DNA from: Methanoregula sp.
GTDB lineage: Archaea; Halobacteriota; Methanomicrobia; Methanomicrobiales; Methanospirillaceae
Reading direction: 5' to 3'
Assembly (NCBI GenBank): GCA_028705545.1
Contig: JAQWDG010000002.1
Span: 4,208-38,691, forward strand
Length of the DNA stretch: 34,484 bases
In this document: positions 9,537-17,737 of the stretch, piece after piece
How positions within the stretch are numbered: the stretch's first letter is position 1
Layout of the letters: the number at the start of each line of letters is the position of its first letter
Notes under the pieces: model-generated
What the model was told of the DNA's origin: nothing
The model's input: only the letters and a program-made list of their open reading frames with translations
Database searches by the model: none
Program-made: the position numbers and the translations under genes

Positions 9537-12500
9537 TTATGCGAGATAGTGACTGATCGGTTCGAGGGTTATCTTTTCGCGCTTGATGGCATCGATCGCA
9601 AGCGCTGCCGCACGCGCCGCCTGGATCGTGGTGATATAGGGGATGCCGAAATCGACTGCCGCACGCATGATCTGGTAGTGGTCCTGTCGGGACTGGCGGT
9701 CCTGCGGGGTATTGATGATGAGCCGGATCTCCCCGTGGTGCATCATGTCGAGCACGTTTGGCGAACCTTCCTGAACTTTCCGCACCAGGTGCGCTTCGAC
9801 TCCGGCATCGTACAGATAATCCACGGTCCCTTCCGTCCCGTAGAGAGTGAGGCCGAGCTCGCGCAGCTTCCGTGCAATCGGGATCACTTCGTCTTTCTGC
9901 TCGATATTGACCGAGATAAAGATATTCCCCTTGAGCGGAAGTTCGTTGTCGGCCGAGATGCAGGCCTTGTAGAATGCGAGGCCAAAGTCGTAATCGATCC
10001 CCATGACCTCGCCGGTACTCTTCATCTCCGGCCCGAGCATCGTATCGACACCGGCAAGTTTTGCAAAGGGCAGGAGCACCTCTTTTACCGCAACGTGCCT
10101 GATGGTTTTTTCCTTAAAGCCCAGGTCGTGCAGTTTCTTTCCAATCATCACCTTTGCCGCGATCTTTGCAATCGGGAGGCCGGTTGCCTTCGAGACAAAC
10201 GGGACCGTACGGCTCGCCCGGGGGTTGGCCTCGATGATATAGACAATGTTGTCCTTTACGGCCATCTGGATGTTGACGAGACCGACAACGCCGAGGCCGA
10301 GCGCGATCTTTTTCGTATATTCACGGACGGTATCTACGATCTCCTTTGAGAGGGACTGGGTGGGGATAACACAGGCAGAGTCTCCCGAGTGGATGCCGGC
10401 CTGCTCGATGTGCTCCATGATCCCGCCGATGAGCACATCTTTACCGTCGCAGACCGCGTCCACGTCCAGTTCTACGGCGTTCCGGAGGTATGAATCGATC
10501 AGCACCGGGTGGTGCTGGCTGACCCGGACCGCCTCTTTCATGTAAGTCTCAAGTTCAGAGGTGTCGTGCACGATCTCCATTGCACGCCCGCCAAGCACGT
10601 AGGATGGGCGGACAAGGACCGGGTAGCCGATCCTCTCGGCCTTCTCCTTTGCCTCGGCCTCGGAATACGCGGAACTGTTCGCGGGGCTCGGGATGTTGAG
10701 TTTCGTGAGCATCACGCTGAACCGGTCGCGATCCTCGGCGATATCCATCGCATCCGGAGTAGTCCCGAGGATCCTTGTTGGAAGGCCCAGGCGCTTCATC
10801 TCCTTTTCAAGGGGGACGGCAAGGTTGACGGCGTTCTGGCCGCCGAACTGGACCATCACTCCGTAATAGGAGTCGGTCCGGAGGATGTTGGTGACATCTT
10901 CGAGCTGCATGGGCTCAAAGAAAAGCCGGTCGGAGGTGTCGAAATCGGTTGAGACCGTCTCGGGGTTGTTGTTGACGATATGGACTTCCACGCCCTCTTC
11001 CCGCAGCGCCTTTACTGCGTGCACCGTGCAGTAGTCGAACTCGATGCCCTGACCGATCCGGATCGGACCTGAACCGAGGATGAGGATCTTCTTTCGGTCG
11101 TCCTTTACGATCTCGCTTGTCGCATCGTGCGTGGAGTAGAAGTAGGGTGTGACCGCCGGGAATTCCGCAGCGCAGGTATCCACCATCTTGTACACCGGGA
11201 TGCCTGCCAGTTCTTCAATCGCCGTTACCTCTTTCCCGCTGATTGCCGCAATCTCGGCGTTGGTAAACCCATATGTCTTTGCGTACCGGATATCGGCATC
11301 GGTCGCGCCGGCCGCGAGGCGTTTTTCCAGGTCGACGATATTTTTGATCTTTTCGAGGAAAAACGGCACAATCGAGGTGAGCTGCGCGATCTCTTCTACC
11401 GTGAAGCCCTGCCGGAACGCATCGAAGAGGCAGTGGAACCGCTCGTCGGTCGGCCGGGAAAGGATCATCCGGATCTCGCTTGGGCTCGTATGGATCCGGA
11501 CATCGGTATCGATCGAACGCTTGGCCTTGACGAAGGCTTCTTCGAGCGTACGCCCGATCGCCATGACCTCCCCGGTGCTTTTCATCGATGTGGTGAGCGT
11601 CCGGTCGGCGCCCTTGAATTTATCAAACGGCCAGCGGGGGACTTTCACGACCACGTAATCGATGGTCGGTTCAAAGGACGCCGCGGTGCAGCCGGTGACT
11701 GAATTTTTGATCTCGTCGAGGTGAAGTCCTACGGCGATCTTTGCTGCCACCCGTGCAATCGGGTACCCGGTCGCTTTCGATGCAAGCGCAGACGAACGCG
11801 AGACACGGGGGTTGACCTCGATGACCCGGTAGTTTCCGTCTTTGAACGCAAACTGGATGTTGCAGCCGCCCTGCACGTCGAGGGCGCGGATGATGTGGAT
11901 GGCGGCGCTCCTCATCATCTGGAACTCGTCATCGCGGAGCGTCAGGATCGGGGCAACGACCACGCTCTCACCCGTGTGGATACCCATGGGGTCCACGTTC
12001 TCCATGCTGCAGACGATGATGCAGGTATCGGTTGCGTCCCGCATCACTTCGAACTCCAGCTCCTTCCAGCCCATCACGCTCTGTTCGATGAGAACCTGGT
12101 GGATACGGGAGCGGGAGAGGCCGAGTTCAACGATCCGGGTCAGCTCCTCGCGGGTCCGGCCGATACCGCCGCCGGCTCCGCCGAGAGTGTAGGCCGGGCG
12201 GACAACCGCCGGCAGGCCGATCTTTTCAATTGCCTCGTCGATCTGGCTTAAGGTGTTGATGACGATGCTCTTTGGGACCGGCTCGCCGATCTCGTTCATG
12301 AGGTCACGGAATTTCTCCCGGTCCTCTCCCTTGTAGATCGCTTCGAGCGGTGTCCCCAGGATCTCGACGCCTTTGAGCGCACCCATCTCGGCGAGCTCTG
12401 CGGTGAGGTTGAGGCCGGTCTGGCCGCCCATACCGGAGAGGATGCCGTCGGGCTTCTCCTTCTCGATGATCTTTGCGATGATCTCCGCCCGGAGCGGCTC

Positions 12501-12698
12501 GATGTAGATCCTCTCCGCCATCTCCGGATCGGTCATGATCGTTGCAGGGTTGGAATTGACCAGCACTACCTCGATCCCCTCTTCACGGAGCGAGCGGCAC
12601 GCCTGCGATCCCGAGAAGTCGAACTCCGCTGCCTGCCCGATCTGGATCGGCCCCGATCCGATGAGGAGGACTTTTTTGATGTCCGTGCGCTTCGGCAT
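9537..12698 (-). CDS. carB: Carbamoyl-phosphate synthase large subunit
   Basis: MPKRTDIKKVLLIGSGPIQIGQAAEFDFSG, duplicated ATP-grasp halves, EVNPRVSRSSALASKATG, C-terminal MGS domain; 1053 aa. Confidence 0.98.
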   Translation of the reverse strand: MPKRTDIKKVLLIGSGPIQIGQAAEFDFSGSQACRSLREEGIEVVLVNSNPATIMTDPEMAERIYIEPLRAEIIAKIIEKEKPDGILSGMGGQTGLNLTAELAEMGALKGVEILGTPLEAIYKGEDREKFRDLMNEIGEPVPKSIVINTLSQIDEAIEKIGLPAVVRPAYTLGGAGGGIGRTREELTRIVELGLSRSRIHQVLIEQSVMGWKELEFEVMRDATDTCIIVCSMENVDPMGIHTGESVVVAPILTLRDDEFQMMRSAAIHIIRALDVQGGCNIQFAFKDGNYRVIEVNPRVSRSSALASKATGYPIARVAAKIAVGLHLDEIKNSVTGCTAASFEPTIDYVVVKVPRWPFDKFKGADRTLTTSMKSTGEVMAIGRTLEEAFVKAKRSIDTDVRIHTSPSEIRMILSRPTDERFHCLFDAFRQGFTVEEIAQLTSIVPFFLEKIKNIVDLEKRLAAGATDADIRYAKTYGFTNAEIAAISGKEVTAIEELAGIPVYKMVDTCAAEFPAVTPYFYSTHDATSEIVKDDRKKILILGSGPIRIGQGIEFDYCTVHAVKALREEGVEVHIVNNNPETVSTDFDTSDRLFFEPMQLEDVTNILRTDSYYGVMVQFGGQNAVNLAVPLEKEMKRLGLPTRILGTTPDAMDIAEDRDRFSVMLTKLNIPSPANSSAYSEAEAKEKAERIGYPVLVRPSYVLGGRAMEIVHDTSELETYMKEAVRVSQHHPVLIDSYLRNAVELDVDAVCDGKDVLIGGIMEHIEQAGIHSGDSACVIPTQSLSKEIVDTVREYTKKIALGLGVVGLVNIQMAVKDNIVYIIEANPRASRTVPFVSKATGLPIAKIAAKVMIGKKLHDLGFKEKTIRHVAVKEVLLPFAKLAGVDTMLGPEMKSTGEVMGIDYDFGLAFYKACISADNELPLKGNIFISVNIEQKDEVIPIARKLRELGLTLYGTEGTVDYLYDAGVEAHLVRKVQEGSPNVLDMMHHGEIRLIINTPQDRQSRQDHYQIMRAAVDFGIPYITTIQAARAAALAIDAIKREKITLEPISHYLA

Positions 12699-13762
12699 TA
12701 TTCCAGCCTCCGGAAGAGTGCGTCAAAGAAATGCGCTTCCGTATCCCGCGGCCCGCCATGCGCTTCGGGATGGAACTGCACGGTCGTGAGCTTTAAGTCC
12801 TCGTTCTCGAATCCTTCCACGGTGCCGTCGTTGACATTTGTGTAGGTGACCTTACAGCCCTCGGGAAGGGAATTCGCATCGACTGCAAACCCGTGGTTCT
12901 GGGTGGTGATGAAGATCCTCCCGTCCTTGTACTTTACCGGCTGGTTTGCCCCGCGGTGGCCGAACTTGAGCTTGTAGGTGTCGCCGCCAAGGGCAAGGGC
13001 CGAGACCTGGTTACCCATGCAGATCCCAAAGACCGGGAGTTCTCCCAGCAGATCCTTTATGCAGCGGATCGCATCCGGCGCCTGCTTGGGGTCGCCCGGG
13101 CCGTTGCTGACAAAAAGCGCGTCCGGCTTGCAGGCCATGACCTGATCGGCCTTTGCATTGTAGGGGAAGACATACAGGTCGCCGTTCCTCTTTGAGAGGC
13201 TCGTGAGCATGTTCTTCTTTATCCCGAGATCGATGACGGCAATCTTCTTCCCGGTGCCGGGGATGTGGTAGGCTTCCTTACAGGAGACTTCAGGGATGGG
13301 GACGATATCGCAGATGGTCGGGCTCTTTTTGGCGAGCGCCACGGCATATGCGCCATCGTCGCTTCCCACGACAAGCGCTGCCCGCATGGTGCCGTGCACC
13401 CGGGCCTTGATGGTCAGCGCGCGGGTGTCCACGCCGGTCATGCCTAAAAGACGTTGTTCTTCAAAAAAGGTTCTGATGGAAGGGAGGTGTTCGGGTTTTT
13501 CACAGATTTCCTTGGTGATGCACCCAAGGGCACATACCCGTGGATTCTGGAAGTTTTGTGGATCGACACCGTAGTTGCCGATCAGGGGAAACGTAAACAT
13601 CAGGATCTGGCCGAAATAACTGGGATCTGTCAAAGATTCCATGTACCCGGTCATCTGGGTGTTAAAGACCAGTTCTCCTGCGCATTCCCCCTCTGCCCCG
13701 AATCCTTCACCTGTTACAAAGTCCCCGTCCTCGAATCCCAGAACCGCCTTCATGGTGTCCAT
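12698..13762 (-). CDS. carA: Carbamoyl-phosphate synthase small subunit
   Basis: GELVFNT.MTGY.E.LTDPSY, SNGPGDP, catalytic GICMG, FGHRGANQP, QFHPEA. Start 13762 or 13753. Confidence 0.97.
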   Translation of the reverse strand: MDTMKAVLGFEDGDFVTGEGFGAEGECAGELVFNTQMTGYMESLTDPSYFGQILMFTFPLIGNYGVDPQNFQNPRVCALGCITKEICEKPEHLPSIRTFFEEQRLLGMTGVDTRALTIKARVHGTMRAALVVGSDDGAYAVALAKKSPTICDIVPIPEVSCKEAYHIPGTGKKIAVIDLGIKKNMLTSLSKRNGDLYVFPYNAKADQVMACKPDALFVSNGPGDPKQAPDAIRCIKDLLGELPVFGICMGNQVSALALGGDTYKLKFGHRGANQPVKYKDGRIFITTQNHGFAVDANSLPEGCKVTYTNVNDGTVEGFENEDLKLTTVQFHPEAHGGPRDTEAHFFDALFRRLE

Positions 13763-13971
13763 ATCTTATGTGCCGGGGTAGTTATTAACGCTGATGCAAA
13801 CGGCCATAAGGCCGTTTTTTTGTTGTGTGTCCCCATCGGCATTACGCCGAAAAACGACAGGGGATCCATAAAAAAACACGATCCCCGGGAAAAAACTGCG
13901 GACCCGGTCTTCCTTTATCCTTACGATTATATAGTCCCGGCTGCAATTCCCACGTATCAAAAGGTGCTTTG

Positions 13972-14250
13972 ATGCCAACCCATGTGAACGGGAAAGACAA
14001 AGGACAGGTTATGTTGTATGCGCTCTCGACCTGCCAGTGGTGCCATAAGACGAAGGTGCTGCTCGAATCGCTTGGTATTGCGTTCGATTATGAATATGTC
14101 GATCTGCTCGAAGGAAAAGAGCAGGACGATGCCATGGCAAGGATTGAGCGTTGGAACCCGGCCGGATCGTTTCCCACGATCATTATCGGCGACGACCGAG
14201 CCATTATCGGTTTCCACGAGGACGAGATACGGGAGGCGTTTGGTGCATGA
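13972..14250 (+). CDS. Glutaredoxin-like protein (methanoredoxin-like)
   Basis: LYALSTCQWCHKTK active-site CxxC and SFPTIII cis-Pro motif. ATG 13972 is preferred over the ORF-track start at 13825. Confidence 0.9.
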   Translation: MPTHVNGKDKGQVMLYALSTCQWCHKTKVLLESLGIAFDYEYVDLLEGKEQDDAMARIERWNPAGSFPTIIIGDDRAIIGFHEDEIREAFGA

Positions 14251-14759
14251 TGCCGGGTATCACTGAGGCGGAGATTGATGCGGCGTATTCGGCCTACAAG
14301 ACCGATGCGGAGAAGAACGGCTACCGGCTGAACCCGGATGTGGAGTTTGTCAAAAACCTTATCCGCGGCCTCTTAAAGAACGGGCAGCGCTACGGATACC
14401 GGGCCTGCCCCTGCCGGCTTGCATCAGGAATTAAGGACCAGGACCTCGACATTGTCTGCCCCTGCGATTACCGGGACAGCGATATCGAGGAGCACGGCGC
14501 CTGTTACTGCGCCCTGTACGTGAACGAGGCCATTGCCTCGGGAAAGCAGAAGGTCGCACCCATTCCCGAACGCCGGCCGCCCCGGTCCGAACGTATGAAA
14601 GCCGGTTCGATCAAGGTCGCGTCAGCGACCGAGCGCCCGGTCTTTCCCCTCCCGGTCTGGCGCTGCAAGGTCTGCGGGTATCTCTGCGCACGCGAGCAGC
14701 CGCCGGGGATTTGTCCGATTTGTAAGGCGACGAAGGAGCGGTTTGAGAGGTTTGTGTAA
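14247..14759 (+). CDS. Ferredoxin:thioredoxin reductase catalytic domain fused to C-terminal rubredoxin (ferredoxin:disulfide reductase)
   Basis: FTR motifs CPC...CPC...CYC, then WRCKVCGY...CPICK rubredoxin-like domain; ATGA overlap with the glutaredoxin stop. Confidence 0.9.
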   Translation: MMPGITEAEIDAAYSAYKTDAEKNGYRLNPDVEFVKNLIRGLLKNGQRYGYRACPCRLASGIKDQDLDIVCPCDYRDSDIEEHGACYCALYVNEAIASGKQKVAPIPERRPPRSERMKAGSIKVASATERPVFPLPVWRCKVCGYLCAREQPPGICPICKATKERFERFV

Positions 14760-14868
14760 TTTTTTATTTTGTTATAGGACTGCTTGGGAATGGAACTTGA
14801 AGTACATTGATGCACGGATGAGATTTCAAGTCCAGATCGATACTCTTTGCTTTTGATTTAGAGGGCAA

Positions 14869-16056
14869 TTATTCATTAAACAATTTTGAAAATATTCTTT
14901 GCAATACAATATGTTCAAGAACTTCACGATATGCAGAAGCAGTGTCACATTTTTCAACTAACTTTAAAATATTTGATTTATCTTCTAAAGACTCCCCCAT
15001 TGATTTTATGAGATTTGTATCTATGAAATCTGATGATGCCTCTTGAATTATATTGATATTGCTTAACACCAAGGCTTTGAACTCATTCAAATCAATTTCA
15101 TCATTAATAATTTCCATAATGTTTTCTATCTGTTGTTCTGATGTAAAGAAGTCAGTATATGATTTTTTTAGTTTGCTTTGAAATTTATTTACTGATTCGA
15201 TACTCTCGAATTTTTGGTTTTGATCCTTGTAATTTAATTGTAAGTCTATTACAGGTTTCGAACTTTTTCGTCCTCGTGGAAAAATTAACTCTTTAATGGC
15301 TCTAAATGAGTCAGGATCCTTTCTCAACTCTCTAAAAAATTCCACGTACGTGATATTAGGGTCAATGCAACCCTTTATCCATTCAATAAATTTTGAATAA
15401 TCTACATCATTGGGGTAATGTTTGTTTAGTGCAAACTGAAAGAATGCTTTAAAACTTGTCTCTCTTGAGATTATTTGTTTGATAGTGGTTAAATACAACT
15501 GAATTTTTGAGCTTACCTTTGTTTCCAATCTCGATAAATAAAATTGATACACCCCCAAAAGGATCCCTAACACGGTAATTGCCTGATAAAAATTACTGGT
15601 AAAATGATATACTAAAATATTAAAATGTAAACCGAAGATATTTATTACTAAATAACACAATCCAAACCAACTAATCCAAACGATTAATAAGGGAAATAAT
15701 TCATACGATACATTAAAAAAGAATTGTTTAAAGATTGCAAGAAAAATGTTTTTTAAGGGGAAATTAATTGATTCATTGTTCTTACAGTCTTTGACACATT
15801 TTTCATCATCTTTCTGTTTTTCTGATTTGCTTAGTTTTTTCCGGTTAAATAAGAGCGAAATGAAGTTACTTTTTAATATCAATAATGAAATAATAAAGGC
15901 TGAAATGTAAATTATTGAAATCCAGACATTAAAATTTTCAATTAGCAAATAAAAAATACCTGCTAGAATCAAATTTGCTATTACAAATGAAATTAATTCT
16001 AAAAATTTCAAGTACCTCAGAAAATTTTCTGTAAAATATTTTTTTGAAATTTCCAT
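14869..16056 (-). CDS. Orphan membrane protein (about 4 N-terminal TM segments plus soluble helical region) in an AT-rich island
   Basis: An ORF of about 395 codons stays open in DNA of roughly 25-30% GC, which is unlikely by chance; hydrophobic stretches lie in the N-terminal 180 aa. ATG 16056 or GTG 16065. Confidence 0.8.
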   Translation of the reverse strand: MEISKKYFTENFLRYLKFLELISFVIANLILAGIFYLLIENFNVWISIIYISAFIISLLILKSNFISLLFNRKKLSKSEKQKDDEKCVKDCKNNESINFPLKNIFLAIFKQFFFNVSYELFPLLIVWISWFGLCYLVINIFGLHFNILVYHFTSNFYQAITVLGILLGVYQFYLSRLETKVSSKIQLYLTTIKQIISRETSFKAFFQFALNKHYPNDVDYSKFIEWIKGCIDPNITYVEFFRELRKDPDSFRAIKELIFPRGRKSSKPVIDLQLNYKDQNQKFESIESVNKFQSKLKKSYTDFFTSEQQIENIMEIINDEIDLNEFKALVLSNINIIQEASSDFIDTNLIKSMGESLEDKSNILKLVEKCDTASAYREVLEHIVLQRIFSKLFNE

Positions 16057-16305
16057 CCCGCTCACTAATTATGCATTTCTATGCGAGATGATAAAATTTA
16101 CTTTGATCCTTATACCCCTTGGTTTATTTTAATGGAATCTAGGATTTTTCCGGATTAGCATGTCTTCGTTGAGGCTGCGATTTTCTTTTTGGGGCAAGAC
16201 ATGTAATTGATCCGCCGCGGGGGCACCCCGTCGGGGGCGGCGGCGTTCCTCGCATTGGGTCATCCCTGTGAGAAAACCTTCATCTCACCCCATCCCCCAC
16301 ATAGA

Positions 16306-16637
16306 ATGAATCCCGGCAAAGGTGACCTCCCACGTCCAATACCCTTGAAGTACTCGTCGAAAAGCTCCTGGATGATAATGAAGGGACGCGGTGGAATGCA
16401 GCAGAAGCGCTGGGCCGGCTCGGGGACCTGCGGGCCGTGGAGCCCTTGATCGATACCCTCTGGGATGACGATGAACGGGTGCGGAAAAAAGCTGCCTGGG
16501 CTCTTGGCATACTCGGGGATCCCCGGGCCCTTCCCCCCTTACAGAGACTCTACCGGATGGAGCGGGAGGATGCCCGGGACATCATCCAGGAAGCAATGGA
16601 TATGATCAAACAGGGCATAGCCGAAAAGATGGAGTGA
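16306..16637 (+). pseudogene. HEAT/PBS-lyase repeat protein with a frameshift near the N-terminus (or an assembly indel)
   Basis: The frame from 16341 reads TLEVLVEKLLDDNEGTRWNAAEALGRLGDLRAVEPLIDTLWDDDERVRKKAAWALGILGDPRALPPL (two HEAT repeats). It is closed upstream by TGA 16323-25; ATG 16306 is in another frame. Confidence 0.7.
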
Positions 16638-16851
16638 GTGAGTACCGTGCTTCCCGGTCGCCCCCCTTTGCAGCGGGAGTGCGGCTCATGGGGATATGGG
16701 GCGACAGCACCCGTTTGCATGTTACTGTTTCCAGGCCGGAAACTGCAAACCTGCTGTACGGTTTTTCTTAAAAAAGAGCGGATCGGTTGTTTGAGGATTT
16801 TTAAAAAAAAGATCGGGCCGCGGGCCGGCACTTTTAAAAAAAAAAACTAAT

Positions 16852-17178
16852 GGTCACCGTGACCAGTAAAAAAAACGGTCACCCCCTACCCCTTACTTTG
16901 CACGCAACAAAAAAACTGGTCGGGTCGACCGATCTCAGTGATCGGTCAGGGTGACCACACTTCTTCCAGTACCGCGACCTGCGTTTCCCCTGGAACTTCA
17001 GACGAGAAGGGGTGGTCACCCTGACCGTACTCGATCAGAGGTCGGGGTGACCGATCTTTGACATTGGTCGGGTCGACCATGGATCCATGCGGATTTTCGG
17101 TCACCCCCTACCCCCAACTTTGCATGCAACAAAAAAATAGGTCGGGTCGACCGATCTCAGTGATCGGTCAGGGTGACC
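16852..17178. repeat. Array of eight 13-bp palindromes GGTCR-NNN-YGACC
   Basis: Copies start at 16852, 16918, 16944, 17014, 17040, 17066, 17140 and 17166; degenerate half-sites at 16877, 17099 and 17235. Confidence 0.9.
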
Positions 17179-17242
17179 TCTTTTATTCCAGTTTCCCGAC
17201 CGGTGTTTCCCCTGGAATTTCAGATCAGGTTGGTGGTCGCCC
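16876..17242. repeat. Imperfect direct repeat of about 145 bp, copies offset by 222 bp (16876-~17021 and 17098-~17242)
   Basis: Both copies read CGGTCACCCCCTACCCC..ACTTTGCA.GCAACAAAAAAA..GGTCGGGTCGACCGATCTCAGTGATCGGTCAGGGTGACC...TTCCAGT...GTTTCCCCTGGAA.TTCAGA...GGTGGTC.CCC. Confidence 0.9.
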
Positions 17243-17382
17243 CCTTCCCATGTCCCGCACAAAAGGGGTAGGGGAGGGGCCGGACGCGGGACAGGGGGAT
17301 ACCCCCGGTCCCCTCTTTTCCCACCCGGGTGTCCTGCCCCCATCCAAATACTAAAAATACCGTTTCCACCAACCTGTTATGC

Positions 17383-17721
17383 ATGAGTGATCCCGTCACG
17401 GTCGAGATTGTCGGCCTGAAATACTCGTCCTGCTCGCCGTTCCCCTGCGATGCAGACCGCACCTGCGGCCTCTCCGAATGCCACCCGTCAGGAAGACTCA
17501 CGAAAGCCTTCGATGCCCTCAGTGCGGTATTAAAAGAGACCTACGGCGACAAAGTAGATGTCAGGCTCACGCTCATCGACGACAACGTGCCGGACCACAT
17601 CCGCGCAATCCTCGAAAAGGACTATCCCCCTATCCCCATGGTCCTCGTGAACGGCAGGCTCACCCGGATCGGCAGGATCGCCCTCGACCGAATCAAAAAC
17701 GAGATCGAACAGTGCCGGTAA
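17383..17721 (+). CDS. Small thioredoxin-fold-like protein with a Cys-rich N-terminal loop
   Basis: VTVEIVG then CSPFPCDADRTCGLSEC, a helix, V.V.L, and the cis-Pro-like PIPMVLVNG motif; ATG 17383. Confidence 0.7.
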   Translation: MSDPVTVEIVGLKYSSCSPFPCDADRTCGLSECHPSGRLTKAFDALSAVLKETYGDKVDVRLTLIDDNVPDHIRAILEKDYPPIPMVLVNGRLTRIGRIALDRIKNEIEQCR

Positions 17722-17737
17722 GAGGCACCGTCTTTTT

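Noticed and set aside
14760-16270. IS element, integron cassette or provirus as the carrier of the AT-rich gene
   Set aside because: I could not find a transposase, integrase, tRNA target, terminal inverted repeats, target-site duplication or attC core sites.
16852-17242. Possible CRISPR array
   Set aside because: Repeats are 13 bp with 13-bp spacers, the larger unit duplicates its spacers, and there are no cas genes in the window.
16550-17501. Short ORFs across the repeat region (16550-16831, 16638-16850, 17058-17354, 17101-17343, 17220-17501)
   Set aside because: Low-complexity translations of A-tracts and palindromes with no protein-like features; the region is better explained as non-coding.
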